Virus record (IMG/VR): IMGVR_UViG_3300010883_019551
Location: 1-64,000 of that record
DNA: 64,000 bases
DNA from: a virus
Strand: one strand, 5' to 3'
The position numbers and the translations under genes are program-made. A model generated the notes under the pieces. It had not been told where the DNA came from, ran no database searches, and saw only the letters and a list, made by a program, of their open reading frames with translations. Shown here piece by piece: positions 30,125 through 39,011 of the stretch (within the stretch, counting starts at the first letter, position 1; each line of letters starts with the position of its first letter).

Positions 30125-30896
30125 TTTCTTCTATGTCCTTTTTAGTTACATTATAGACACCTAAATGTCTAACTGATATTCCTGCGCAGATATTGGCAAA
30201 CTTAATAGATTCTACCATATTTTTTGTCTCAATAAACTTTACTGATAGTGCTGCTAAGAAAGAGTCACCTGCTCCGCAAACGTCAAATACATCATGTACT
30301 TTTTTTGCCGGATACAAGCTACCTTTCCACTTTGCCCCCCTGTCGCCGAGAGTTATGATAAGCTCACAATCAGCTGGGAGGATTGACGCACGTACGTGTT
30401 CTATCTTATTGATCTTTAATATGCAGTCGCTGAAAGCTGAAAGATCACTCTTCTTGCTATCGACAAATATCGGCTTTGGTAAAATCGGAATCAGTCTAGA
30501 TAATACACTGTGTGGCAGAAATCCCTTGTTATAATCAGATATGACTGTTCCATCGAATTCGTGGGTGTTTAATACTTTGATTAGTTTATTCTGATCTATC
30601 ACATCACATTCATCGTTAGAGTCCACTCGAAGAATTTGTTGCGAAAACCTCTCGTCTAAAAATCTTTCTTTTATAATTTCTGATTCATTTGTAACACTGA
30701 CTGCCTCATAGCCCAGAGACTTTATATTAAGCGCTACATTTGCAGCCATACCCGGCTTTGTTTCTGTTTTTGTCTGAAGAAGAATTGGTACCGGAGCTTC
30801 GACGCTTAGTCGTTCACAACGGCCGAATCGATATAAGTCTAGACACGACTCACCGATTACTAGTATCTTCAATGATTTTTGTGCTTGAGTATCCAC
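30114..30896 (-). CDS. D-glycero-beta-D-manno-heptose-7-phosphate kinase (HldE kinase domain, HldA-like)
   Basis: ERLSVEAPVP, GMAANVALN, ISDYNKG, DVCGAGDSF. Confidence 0.9.
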   Translation of the reverse strand: MDTQAQKSLKILVIGESCLDLYRFGRCERLSVEAPVPILLQTKTETKPGMAANVALNIKSLGYEAVSVTNESEIIKERFLDERFSQQILRVDSNDECDVIDQNKLIKVLNTHEFDGTVISDYNKGFLPHSVLSRLIPILPKPIFVDSKKSDLSAFSDCILKINKIEHVRASILPADCELIITLGDRGAKWKGSLYPAKKVHDVFDVCGAGDSFLAALSVKFIETKNMVESIKFANICAGISVRHLGVYNVTKKDIEENGN

Positions 30897-31242
30897 TTAT
30901 TGTTCCAAAAATCACAACCTCAGCGAGGTCATTTCCCACTACCTGTTTGGGTGTATAATCACCACCCTTTACAATTATACTTGGTTTTATTCGTTGTATT
31001 AGTTCATAAGGTGTATCTTCGTCAAATATTATGACCTCATCTACACATTTCAACTCTTCTAAAAGCACTTTTCTATCATCCTGAGAGTATATCGGGCGAG
31101 TAGGGCCTTTTAGTTTTTGAACGCTTTTGTCACTATTGATGCCTACGATAACCTTATCACCTATAGAAGCACAATGCAGCAACAATTCGATATGTCCTCT
31201 ATGAATGACATCAAAGCAACCATTTGTAAAAACTATCTTCAT
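30850..31242 (-). CDS. Heptose-1-phosphate adenylyltransferase (HldE domain II, HldC-like)
   Basis: FTNGCFDVIHRGH, NSDKSVQKLKGPTRP, VKGGDY, SSTKII. Confidence 0.92.
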   Translation of the reverse strand: MKIVFTNGCFDVIHRGHIELLLHCASIGDKVIVGINSDKSVQKLKGPTRPIYSQDDRKVLLEELKCVDEVIIFDEDTPYELIQRIKPSIIVKGGDYTPKQVVGNDLAEVVIFGTISGYSSTKIIEDTSNR

Positions 31243-32177
31243 TGATTCAATAGAATATTTGTGTATTCTTTTGCTGCTTCAGAAAATTCTCTAAACGGAG
31301 AAGTAAAACCCGCCCTTCTTAGATTTGTAATGTCTGCCTTTGTGTATGACTGGTATTTGTCTTTGAGTTTTTCCGGGAAAGGAACAGTTTTAATTTTAGC
31401 CTCTGTAACAGAAGATACTATTTTTGCTGCATCCATGAAAGAGTTTGTTTCACCTGATCCGCAATTATAAATCCCTACAAATTCTGATTTTCTCATGAAG
31501 TGCATGTTAATCTTGACAATATCATCAATGTGAACAAAATCTCTCAAATAATTCTCACTTCCTTCGAAGACGTTTATTGCCTTGTTTTCTATTGCCTGTC
31601 TTGTGAACTGATTTATTGGTGAAGCCATGCCCTCTTTGTGATCTTCTCCGGGGCCATAAACATTAAAATATCTTAGTCCAACAATCTGTACGTTAGAATC
31701 AAAGCTATAGTTTCTTCTAAAGTAATTGTCAAACTCGAGTTTTGATTTTCCGTATACATTAAGCGGATTTTCGCAATCCACGTCTGCTTCAAACCCTTTG
31801 TCACCCAATCCGTAAACAGCAGCAGAGGATGCATAGATCATTCTAATATCATGTTCCATACAATGATGAAATATACCCACTGATAACGTGTAATTGGTGT
31901 CCATCATTTCATCATCATCTGGGTGTGTTGTGTCAGTTATGGCCCCTTGATGAAATATCGTTTCAATGTTTCCTATATCACAGAACTTTCCATTTTTGAT
32001 GGACTCAAGACACTTATCTTTTTCGATAATATCTTTGTAGGTACAACCCACTAGATTATTTTCACTGCCGTTTTTGGGGGAGTCAATAATATAAATGTTT
32101 TTGTAGTTCAGATCATTTAGTTTGCGAACAATGTTTGATCCTACAAATCCCATTCCGCCTGTTACAATAATACTCAA
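31239..32177 (-). CDS. hldD: ADP-L-glycero-D-manno-heptose 6-epimerase
   Basis: TGGMGFVGSN, FHQGA, YASSAAVYG, PLNVYGKSK, RYFNVYGP, MAS, YQSYTKAD. Confidence 0.9.
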   Translation of the reverse strand: MSIIVTGGMGFVGSNIVRKLNDLNYKNIYIIDSPKNGSENNLVGCTYKDIIEKDKCLESIKNGKFCDIGNIETIFHQGAITDTTHPDDDEMMDTNYTLSVGIFHHCMEHDIRMIYASSAAVYGLGDKGFEADVDCENPLNVYGKSKLEFDNYFRRNYSFDSNVQIVGLRYFNVYGPGEDHKEGMASPINQFTRQAIENKAINVFEGSENYLRDFVHIDDIVKINMHFMRKSEFVGIYNCGSGETNSFMDAAKIVSSVTEAKIKTVPFPEKLKDKYQSYTKADITNLRRAGFTSPFREFSEAAKEYTNILLNQ

Positions 32178-33007
32178 TTCAATTTACTCCTTACAGACTC
32201 TAGTATTTCAATTGGGTCATGTTTCTGAGCCTCTGAGTTGCAATGATGACAATGTGTCTTCATTCCACACGGTCCGTGGTTTTTACCTACCCATATGTTT
32301 GTATTTTGTGGGTAACATGTCATAGTGGGATGAATGAAGCCAGTATAGAGAATGACCGCCGGCGTGTCGACAGCATTTGCTGCATGCATTAAGCCTCCCT
32401 CAGATGAGACAAATAGGCGTGAGTGTTTAATAATCATTGCTGCTTCTCTAAAAGTTGTCTTTCCGGTTAGATTGACAACTCCTGACAGTGTTTTGTCTTT
32501 GGTCTCTCTTCCGACCTGAACTAAAATGTGGCCGTCTTTGATTAGTTCGTCTGCTACATACTGCCACTTTTCAATAGGGTACTTCTTATTAACAGTATAC
32601 TCATCATTTGATTGAGGCTCTATGACTATGTAACGTTTAAGATGATCCCAGTGTTTTCTAACACTTTGTACCTCATCATCACTAAAGTATAATTCACACT
32701 TGAGCTCCGGGTTCTTCACACCATAGAACTCACAAATTTGCTGTATTATGTGACAATCATGTCGATGTACAGCCCTTTGAGGCGTGTCTTGTTTGCAATA
32801 GTTTGTTCGAGGATTATTTAGCTGCATTGGAATAGCAGTGTTATTGTCAAATTCTTGAAGAATATACGGATTATTTTCAAATATTGGCGTTCGTACCGGC
32901 TTGATTAAATTTCCATGTTGCTCGAACGGAAATACTTTTCCGATGCCGGTCGACTGTACTAGTTCTCTAGCAACTGCAGTCCATGTAAGATAACCGCCTA
33001 ACCCCAT
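32174..33007 (-). CDS. GT9 heptosyltransferase-like protein
   Basis: GLGG N-terminus, NLTGKTTFREAA, EGGLMHAANA. Confidence 0.85.
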   Translation of the reverse strand: MGLGGYLTWTAVARELVQSTGIGKVFPFEQHGNLIKPVRTPIFENNPYILQEFDNNTAIPMQLNNPRTNYCKQDTPQRAVHRHDCHIIQQICEFYGVKNPELKCELYFSDDEVQSVRKHWDHLKRYIVIEPQSNDEYTVNKKYPIEKWQYVADELIKDGHILVQVGRETKDKTLSGVVNLTGKTTFREAAMIIKHSRLFVSSEGGLMHAANAVDTPAVILYTGFIHPTMTCYPQNTNIWVGKNHGPCGMKTHCHHCNSEAQKHDPIEILESVRSKLN

Positions 33008-33924
33008 TTTCCCCTCAAGACGCTTTCATATTTGTCAGCAACAATCTCTATGTTTAGATGTCTATGATCTACATCAATTATATCTGGTAAAACAACATTG
33101 GTCAAATCAATATTCGGTGGTGACGTGTAGTCTGTCAACCTATAATCGTACTCTTCTGTCTCTGGCACAATTATACCTGATGCTTTTACTATTTCTTTAG
33201 TTCCACCTGAGCTGCTACATATAACAGGACAGTTTTGTGATAGTGCCTCTACTACTACATTGGGACAATGATCTAGCCACGCTAAATGAATCATCCAGTC
33301 TGCAGCATAGAAAATTTGCAAGCACAATTCATGCGGAATATTACCCGTGTACACAATGTTTTCTTTTTTGACAATATGATCAGGGTTACTTCCCATTACA
33401 ATTAGATAACATTTCTTTTCCGGATTTTCAGATTCATATTTTAGAAATAAATCTGTGTTATCACGCAGTCTTTTCTGGCCGTGCCAATTAGAAGAACATA
33501 CAAATATAACATCATATGTGTTTCGAATATTTTTTAAGTTATCGTCAGAAACTCTGGTCTCTACAAGATCTATACCATTTGCTATGATAGAACCGGTTCT
33601 GCTTCCCCAGTGATTAAACGTCATATTTTTATCAAACTGTGTTTGCCATATTACATGGTGACAATTATCATATGACCATCTTATTCCTCTGTTCTTTGTA
33701 TGAAACTCTTCAGGGGAGAACCAAATTCCGTCTAGTCTTTGCAAAAATTTTGCACCTTTTCGTGGGTGAGAAGCAGGTTCTATAAAAGCTAAAAAAGTTT
33801 CGTAATCATCGTCGGGACCGACAAATTCGACTCCTCTTTTCTGAAGATTCAGTGCTAGGCGGTGTGCAAAAGAATTAGGACCGGATCTAGATTGGAAGTC
33901 TACATTTGAGAAATGAACCTTCAT
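32998..33924 (-). CDS. GT-B glycosyltransferase (GT4-like)
   Basis: SGPNSF, RLDG, DHCPNVVVEALS, GGTKE. Confidence 0.85.
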   Translation of the reverse strand: MKVHFSNVDFQSRSGPNSFAHRLALNLQKRGVEFVGPDDDYETFLAFIEPASHPRKGAKFLQRLDGIWFSPEEFHTKNRGIRWSYDNCHHVIWQTQFDKNMTFNHWGSRTGSIIANGIDLVETRVSDDNLKNIRNTYDVIFVCSSNWHGQKRLRDNTDLFLKYESENPEKKCYLIVMGSNPDHIVKKENIVYTGNIPHELCLQIFYAADWMIHLAWLDHCPNVVVEALSQNCPVICSSSGGTKEIVKASGIIVPETEEYDYRLTDYTSPPNIDLTNVVLPDIIDVDHRHLNIEIVADKYESVLRGKWG

Positions 33925-34646
33925 GGCATTGCCGGCGAATTATAGAATTTTATAAAGAATTGAGCACTAGGGGTTTTGTTATGTTCTCCCCATAATGACT
34001 TTGATGTTCTAGAGACCTGTGTTATCTGGAATGTCTTTGAAAGCCTTTCATACGCGAACTTAGGTTTCACCACCAATGAGACTCCAAGCTCTTCCCAGAA
34101 TTCACCAGATTCAACGTAGTCAGCTTCTGGTTCGCGCTCGTTGATTGCCATGTACAGTATACCACATCCTGCAGGTTTTAACACTCTTTCGATCTGGGAA
34201 ATATAAAATTCTGCTTCTGCCCAATGAGAGAAATGTTGAAATACTATAAAACTATAGACAAAGTCAATTGAATTATCTTCAATACTTTCAATGTTATCTC
34301 GGTGAACTAGCTCAAAATTATTGCATCCCTCTCTCTTAAGAATTTCTTCGGTGCGATCAAAGCTCTCGTGGATATCAACCCCAACTACTTTCCCAAAGTA
34401 ATTGCTAGCAGCATTTAATAGACGACCGCCGCCGAATCCAATTTCTAAAGCTGTCTTATCACGAGGGTCCCCAAGGATAGAATAAAAATCAGAAGTAAAT
34501 ATTCTATGTGAAAAATCTATAAATCCATGTTTTAGAGCATTAGAAACTGAGTCATCAATGTCAAAAAAGTTGTGAAATTCAGCTTCGTTTTCTAAGACAG
34601 ACGGACCTTTTGTCCAAACATCTTTCACTCTTTTAATATCACGCAT
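33921..34646 (-). CDS. Class I SAM-dependent methyltransferase
   Basis: LEIGFGGGR, GVDI, VFQH, RVLKPAG. Confidence 0.88.
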   Translation of the reverse strand: MRDIKRVKDVWTKGPSVLENEAEFHNFFDIDDSVSNALKHGFIDFSHRIFTSDFYSILGDPRDKTALEIGFGGGRLLNAASNYFGKVVGVDIHESFDRTEEILKREGCNNFELVHRDNIESIEDNSIDFVYSFIVFQHFSHWAEAEFYISQIERVLKPAGCGILYMAINEREPEADYVESGEFWEELGVSLVVKPKFAYERLSKTFQITQVSRTSKSLWGEHNKTPSAQFFIKFYNSPAMP

Positions 34647-35364
34647 CTGGGTCCTTGAGATTTTCGTCAGTTAAGTGCCGATTTTTCCTTGGTGTTCCCT
34701 TTCTGCACAAAATATTGATTCTGTCTGGATTAGCTATATCTTCATGATCATCTGATGTTTCTATGACATTCCATCCTGCGATATCCAGCATTGACTTGCA
34801 TGCTAATTTAGACGGATGGAATACACATGTTTGTGCTCTGTCTGCCGGAGAGTACGGTGGGTAGTGGACTTCAATAATATTCTTGTCCATGAGCTCTTCA
34901 GTTCTAGTGGTAGAGCTTTCAAATATCATATACGCGCCGTCGGCTGCTAGATCATACAATCTTTGGAGTTGTCCCATTTGATTAATGTTGTGATAGATAA
35001 CACCGGCATAAAAAATAAGGTCGTATTTGTCTTCACTTATGTATCGATCAAAATCCTGGTAGTGTACCTCAAACTTTTCTGTCTTAACGTGTGGTATCCA
35101 CATTCTATTTTCTCTAAGATATCTTTCATTTGACCTTAGCTTATTGGGACCTTCGACGCAAGTTATACTTTTTGGCTCATGGGCATCAATCAACACAGTA
35201 TGAAGACCATGCTTCGGTCCTACTTCAAAAAAATTGCAGTCGCTACAATCAATCTCAACATTACATAATGCTCTTTGAGCAAAGATCCATGTGTCGCCGC
35301 CCTCCATCTTTTTTGTAACTTCTGCGCTGCCCTGTACAAATAGGTTGTCTTTCTCAAACTTCAT
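34639..35364 (-). CDS. SAM-dependent methyltransferase (CmoB/DUF1698-like)
   Basis: FEVGPKHG, YDLIFYAGVIYH. Confidence 0.7.
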   Translation of the reverse strand: MKFEKDNLFVQGSAEVTKKMEGGDTWIFAQRALCNVEIDCSDCNFFEVGPKHGLHTVLIDAHEPKSITCVEGPNKLRSNERYLRENRMWIPHVKTEKFEVHYQDFDRYISEDKYDLIFYAGVIYHNINQMGQLQRLYDLAADGAYMIFESSTTRTEELMDKNIIEVHYPPYSPADRAQTCVFHPSKLACKSMLDIAGWNVIETSDDHEDIANPDRINILCRKGTPRKNRHLTDENLKDPDA

Positions 35365-36083
35365 TTCACAAATCCTCGCGATCTTAGATACTCACCCTCT
35401 GTCTTCTGAAACTTGGCATCGTCAGTTTGAAATGTCAAAGGGTTCATGTCAATAGTATAGTGGTACGCAACGATAGGCTCAAAATGCCAGTTGCCGGCGG
35501 ACTGGTGTAACACGGGCAAATATATTGCTTGATCACCTATGCGCTTAAAGTACTCACCATCAGCAGACCTAAAATTTTCGTCTTTGACACGTTCTATTAC
35601 ACTCTTCTTAAATGTTTTGAAGTGTGAGCTTACCCATTGATGTTCATAGGGATTAGCATCTCTTGGTAGCGGCGCTGATATGTTTTGATTTGTAAATGCC
35701 CAACGATGTTTGGTCCACAAAACATTACATCCAGTAGTTCTGTATCTATGATCGATTATAGTTAATGCATCTGAATCGCAGAGCCAGTCATCTCCATCAA
35801 GTCGACAAACAATATCATTTGTTTCACATTCTTCGAGGGACTCTAGAATATTTCTAACTTCCCACTTCTTTTCTGTATTAGTTGTTAATGATATTTGATC
35901 GTTAGAGAGACCAAAGTTTTTCTTAAAGTGTTCTACAGCTACTCTAGTTTTATCGGTTGACATATCATCTTTGATAATGATCTTCCAATTAGGATAAGTT
36001 TGTGACCAAACAGACAATAATGTACGACTAATAGTTTCTTCTGCATTAAATGCCGGCATGATAAAGACAAACCTATTACTCAT
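35361..36083 (-). CDS. Glycosyltransferase family 2
   Basis: MPAFNAE, DDMSTD, LDGDDWL; start at 36083 preferred (ATGA overlap). Confidence 0.9.
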   Translation of the reverse strand: MSNRFVFIMPAFNAEETISRTLLSVWSQTYPNWKIIIKDDMSTDKTRVAVEHFKKNFGLSNDQISLTTNTEKKWEVRNILESLEECETNDIVCRLDGDDWLCDSDALTIIDHRYRTTGCNVLWTKHRWAFTNQNISAPLPRDANPYEHQWVSSHFKTFKKSVIERVKDENFRSADGEYFKRIGDQAIYLPVLHQSAGNWHFEPIVAYHYTIDMNPLTFQTDDAKFQKTEGEYLRSRGFVK

Positions 36084-36883
36084 TTTTTCACCAAATATCT
36101 TTCGACCCATGGGCCGCCTTCATGTGTTCTATTGGAAAGAGACAAAATAATAAATCCCACATCCCGTAACATGTGTGCCATATCTCTTTCATGAAATGGA
36201 AACATATGAGCAAATTCTAATCTTGGAATTCCGGGCTCTACAGGAATTTCTACATGAAAATAAGCATCAGCATCCATGGCGTCATATACTTTCTGAAGTG
36301 CTATAAGTGGATCTGATAAGTGTTCTAGCATGTGGTAAGAAACAACTAGCGATGCACCCTTCAGATCTAGAACTTCAGAACAATTATTAAAGTCGTATTT
36401 TCGTCCATCATAGCCCATTTTTTCTGTTACACCTATGCTTAAAGGTGTCACATCATATCCCCATGCTGGTACACTGAGCTTTTCTCCATAGTGTTTCATT
36501 AGTCTCGGAACTCTAAATCCCAACTCCACAAACCCGGAATGACTTACCTTTCCAAGATTAACCTCTAAAGAGCGCCACGTGTCTTCTAGCTCATTAATTC
36601 TTACTTGATCGGCACTGTTTAGTTTCATGACTTCGTCTATCTGAGACATCACATTCTCTAAAGTGTCGTTTTCGTATATTGCTAGACTTCTAGAAGACTG
36701 TAGATCAATGTACACATCATTATCAATTCTTTCGTAGCATTGACGTGTTCCAAATGAATACTTTCGCTCAACTAGTGAGAAATTTTTGTTTGATCTAGTT
36801 TCTGACCAATTATTCTGGCCCTTGAGTGATACTAGTCTGTTAACTTCTTCTCGTAAGGACTCAAAGACTGTCTCTTTACTCAT
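36080..36883 (-). CDS. SAM methyltransferase-like protein
   Basis: VELG, GYDV, HMLEHLSDP, EIP (Methyltransf_23-like). Confidence 0.7.
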   Translation of the reverse strand: MSKETVFESLREEVNRLVSLKGQNNWSETRSNKNFSLVERKYSFGTRQCYERIDNDVYIDLQSSRSLAIYENDTLENVMSQIDEVMKLNSADQVRINELEDTWRSLEVNLGKVSHSGFVELGFRVPRLMKHYGEKLSVPAWGYDVTPLSIGVTEKMGYDGRKYDFNNCSEVLDLKGASLVVSYHMLEHLSDPLIALQKVYDAMDADAYFHVEIPVEPGIPRLEFAHMFPFHERDMAHMLRDVGFIILSLSNRTHEGGPWVERYLVKK

Positions 36884-38804
36884 TGCTTCCGAAATCCATT
36901 ACTGATGGGTGATTCGTTTTAAGTGTTAGATGCGGTGTAGGCTTAGAGAAATCAATCGGGGCATGGAATATCCACCCACCCATTTCATTAGCTAGCTTAG
37001 CCGACAATTCTTTAATATCTTCGTCTGTAACTTCTGACCATGGACGTCCAAAGAACAAATTGTTGTCTGCAGTATCTTCTTGCTGAATATCGTACAGACT
37101 CTGCCAATGCTGTGACCAGTAGTCTCTGTAAGTTCTGATCTTTCTAGGGAGATCAAACCAAGAGTAGTGATGTACACTCGGAAGTAATTGAGTGCAATTA
37201 TCAAACCACTCTTCGTATTGATCCTTGACTTCGTTATTCCCAGCTAAGGCTTGCACTCTAGCTACATGGGTCTCGTTAGTATAGAAACTAGCATGAGGAA
37301 TTACTTCATATGTTTGATTATGGATGTAATCACACCCATCAGTTCCCATCTGTGCGTAGAGATTTCCATCAGAGTCAGTTTTCTGAAGTTGTTTTGGTAT
37401 CCCATGGGTGATATGTGGCATATTTCTGGATAATCGCCACTTCCACGGGTTGACATCCATTCTAACCTTTTCTTCGCCGCCCCAGTACTCGATCACAGGC
37501 AGTGCTATTAAATCAACTTGGCCTGGGAATGCTGAGCAGAGATTACGTATCTTATCATAATCATTCTCATGGACAACCTCATCAGCATCTTGCTGCCATA
37601 GGAAATCCATAGTGCATCTTTTTCTAGCCTCAGCCTTTTGGGCACCATCGAAGACCGCAAACCTGGGATGATCCCAGTCTCTCTCTACAAGATGCACTTT
37701 AAGCTTGTCTTCTGTTTCTGACCAAGCTTGAAGATCCTCATAAGTTCCGTCGTCTGAACCACCGTCAACAATAACTACTTCATCACAGAATCCCAAAAGA
37801 GACTTGATTGACTGTTTCCATGGGTACTGATGTCTGTTGCAGTTAAATGTCGTTGTATAACCGCTGATAGAAGGTGTCCAGTTCATGTCTTGCTTAATTG
37901 TCTCCCAAAAGCGTCCTCGCGCCGCGTAAAGATATGCCTCTGTGTCAAAAGGATCGTCGGTATTAAACCAAATTTCATCCTTGTGTTGAACATTATCATT
38001 TAGATGAAGTTCGCACCCTAGCATCTGAGCTTCAATAACCATACGTGGGCATGTATCCCAGCCGGCTGGAAGATAAACAAAACCCTGGGCTTGAACTAAC
38101 TTCTCAAGTACTTGTTCATAAGGAAGACCCCAGACAACTTCATAGTCTTTATTGGTATCTTTACACCACTGTTCAGCTGCATCGGCTCCTTTGACCCAGC
38201 TAGTTGAGCCTAAAACGATCCAACCTTTTCGCTCAACATCTTTGTATTTTTCTTTAAGAACGTTAACTGCAGCAAAATATCTGTCATCAAAGACAGAGCT
38301 GAGGACAACATTATTCTTCTCTTCTAGAAAGGGAAATGTTTTATGATAGTGGTACATCTGAGCTTCAGACATCCACCAGAGCGAACGGGCACCAAACATA
38401 AATGCAGATATCATTTTACCATGCATCGATTCATTATCATCACAAGGCTTGCCTTCGATATTCTCATGCTTCTGAGGTGATCTCCACTTGCAATACTTGT
38501 AGTCATACTCAAGCATGGAATAAGAGATATTTGCCACAATTGTCGGAATCAACTCATGTTTCATGTGTGAGTAATTACCGAAAATCCAATGACAATTTTG
38601 ACCCTCTTCAAGCAGCTCAAGAGACACATCCCTAGCTCTAAGTTTGTGAATATTAAATGGACACTTCTCAATGAGTGCCTCTGAGGTCAGCTCAGCTCCT
38701 CCTACATAGTCCTCAACGAACATGTCTGAGACGAAAACTATTTCTGTTCCATCTGGTAAGCTGGCTTCTTGTTTCTGGTCAAATGGGCTCTGATTTCCGA
38801 ACAT
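36876..38804 (-). CDS. Bifunctional glycosyltransferase (GT-B N-terminal + GT2 C-terminal)
   Basis: GGAELT...DTCPRMVIEAQMLG, followed by VIVDGGSDDGT...QDADE. Confidence 0.85.
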   Translation of the reverse strand: MFGNQSPFDQKQEASLPDGTEIVFVSDMFVEDYVGGAELTSEALIEKCPFNIHKLRARDVSLELLEEGQNCHWIFGNYSHMKHELIPTIVANISYSMLEYDYKYCKWRSPQKHENIEGKPCDDNESMHGKMISAFMFGARSLWWMSEAQMYHYHKTFPFLEEKNNVVLSSVFDDRYFAAVNVLKEKYKDVERKGWIVLGSTSWVKGADAAEQWCKDTNKDYEVVWGLPYEQVLEKLVQAQGFVYLPAGWDTCPRMVIEAQMLGCELHLNDNVQHKDEIWFNTDDPFDTEAYLYAARGRFWETIKQDMNWTPSISGYTTTFNCNRHQYPWKQSIKSLLGFCDEVVIVDGGSDDGTYEDLQAWSETEDKLKVHLVERDWDHPRFAVFDGAQKAEARKRCTMDFLWQQDADEVVHENDYDKIRNLCSAFPGQVDLIALPVIEYWGGEEKVRMDVNPWKWRLSRNMPHITHGIPKQLQKTDSDGNLYAQMGTDGCDYIHNQTYEVIPHASFYTNETHVARVQALAGNNEVKDQYEEWFDNCTQLLPSVHHYSWFDLPRKIRTYRDYWSQHWQSLYDIQQEDTADNNLFFGRPWSEVTDEDIKELSAKLANEMGGWIFHAPIDFSKPTPHLTLKTNHPSVMDFGSNE

Positions 38805-38914
38805 AGTATACTGTATCCTGATTCTGTTACTGTCTTAAGAGAATCTATCTTCTTAGTTATAAGAAATAAACTGTCTCTCAGAACTGTATAAGAAGAAATA
38901 TTCTTTACTACAGA

Positions 38915-38942
38915 ATTATACACTGTCAGGAACAGGTGTAAC
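38915..38942 (-). promoter_or_regulatory. Putative promoter GTTACA-N16-TATAAT at the head of the glycan island
   Basis: Perfect TATAAT at 38915-38920 with TTAC 17 nt upstream. Confidence 0.6.
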
Positions 38943-39011
38943 CTTTCTATGTCTTAAGAGTATTCTATCTAATCTATTATATTAATAGAGCGAGAGGTTC
39001 AGTATGAGAGA

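Noticed and set aside
3298-38804. Ordinary bacterial O-antigen or capsule locus
   Set aside because: No flippase, polymerase, ABC exporter or initiating transferase, and the flanks are virion genes rather than housekeeping genes
38738-38923. 61-aa minus-strand ORF in the intergenic gap
   Set aside because: It starts inside the predicted promoter, overlaps the GT gene start out of frame, and has no RBS
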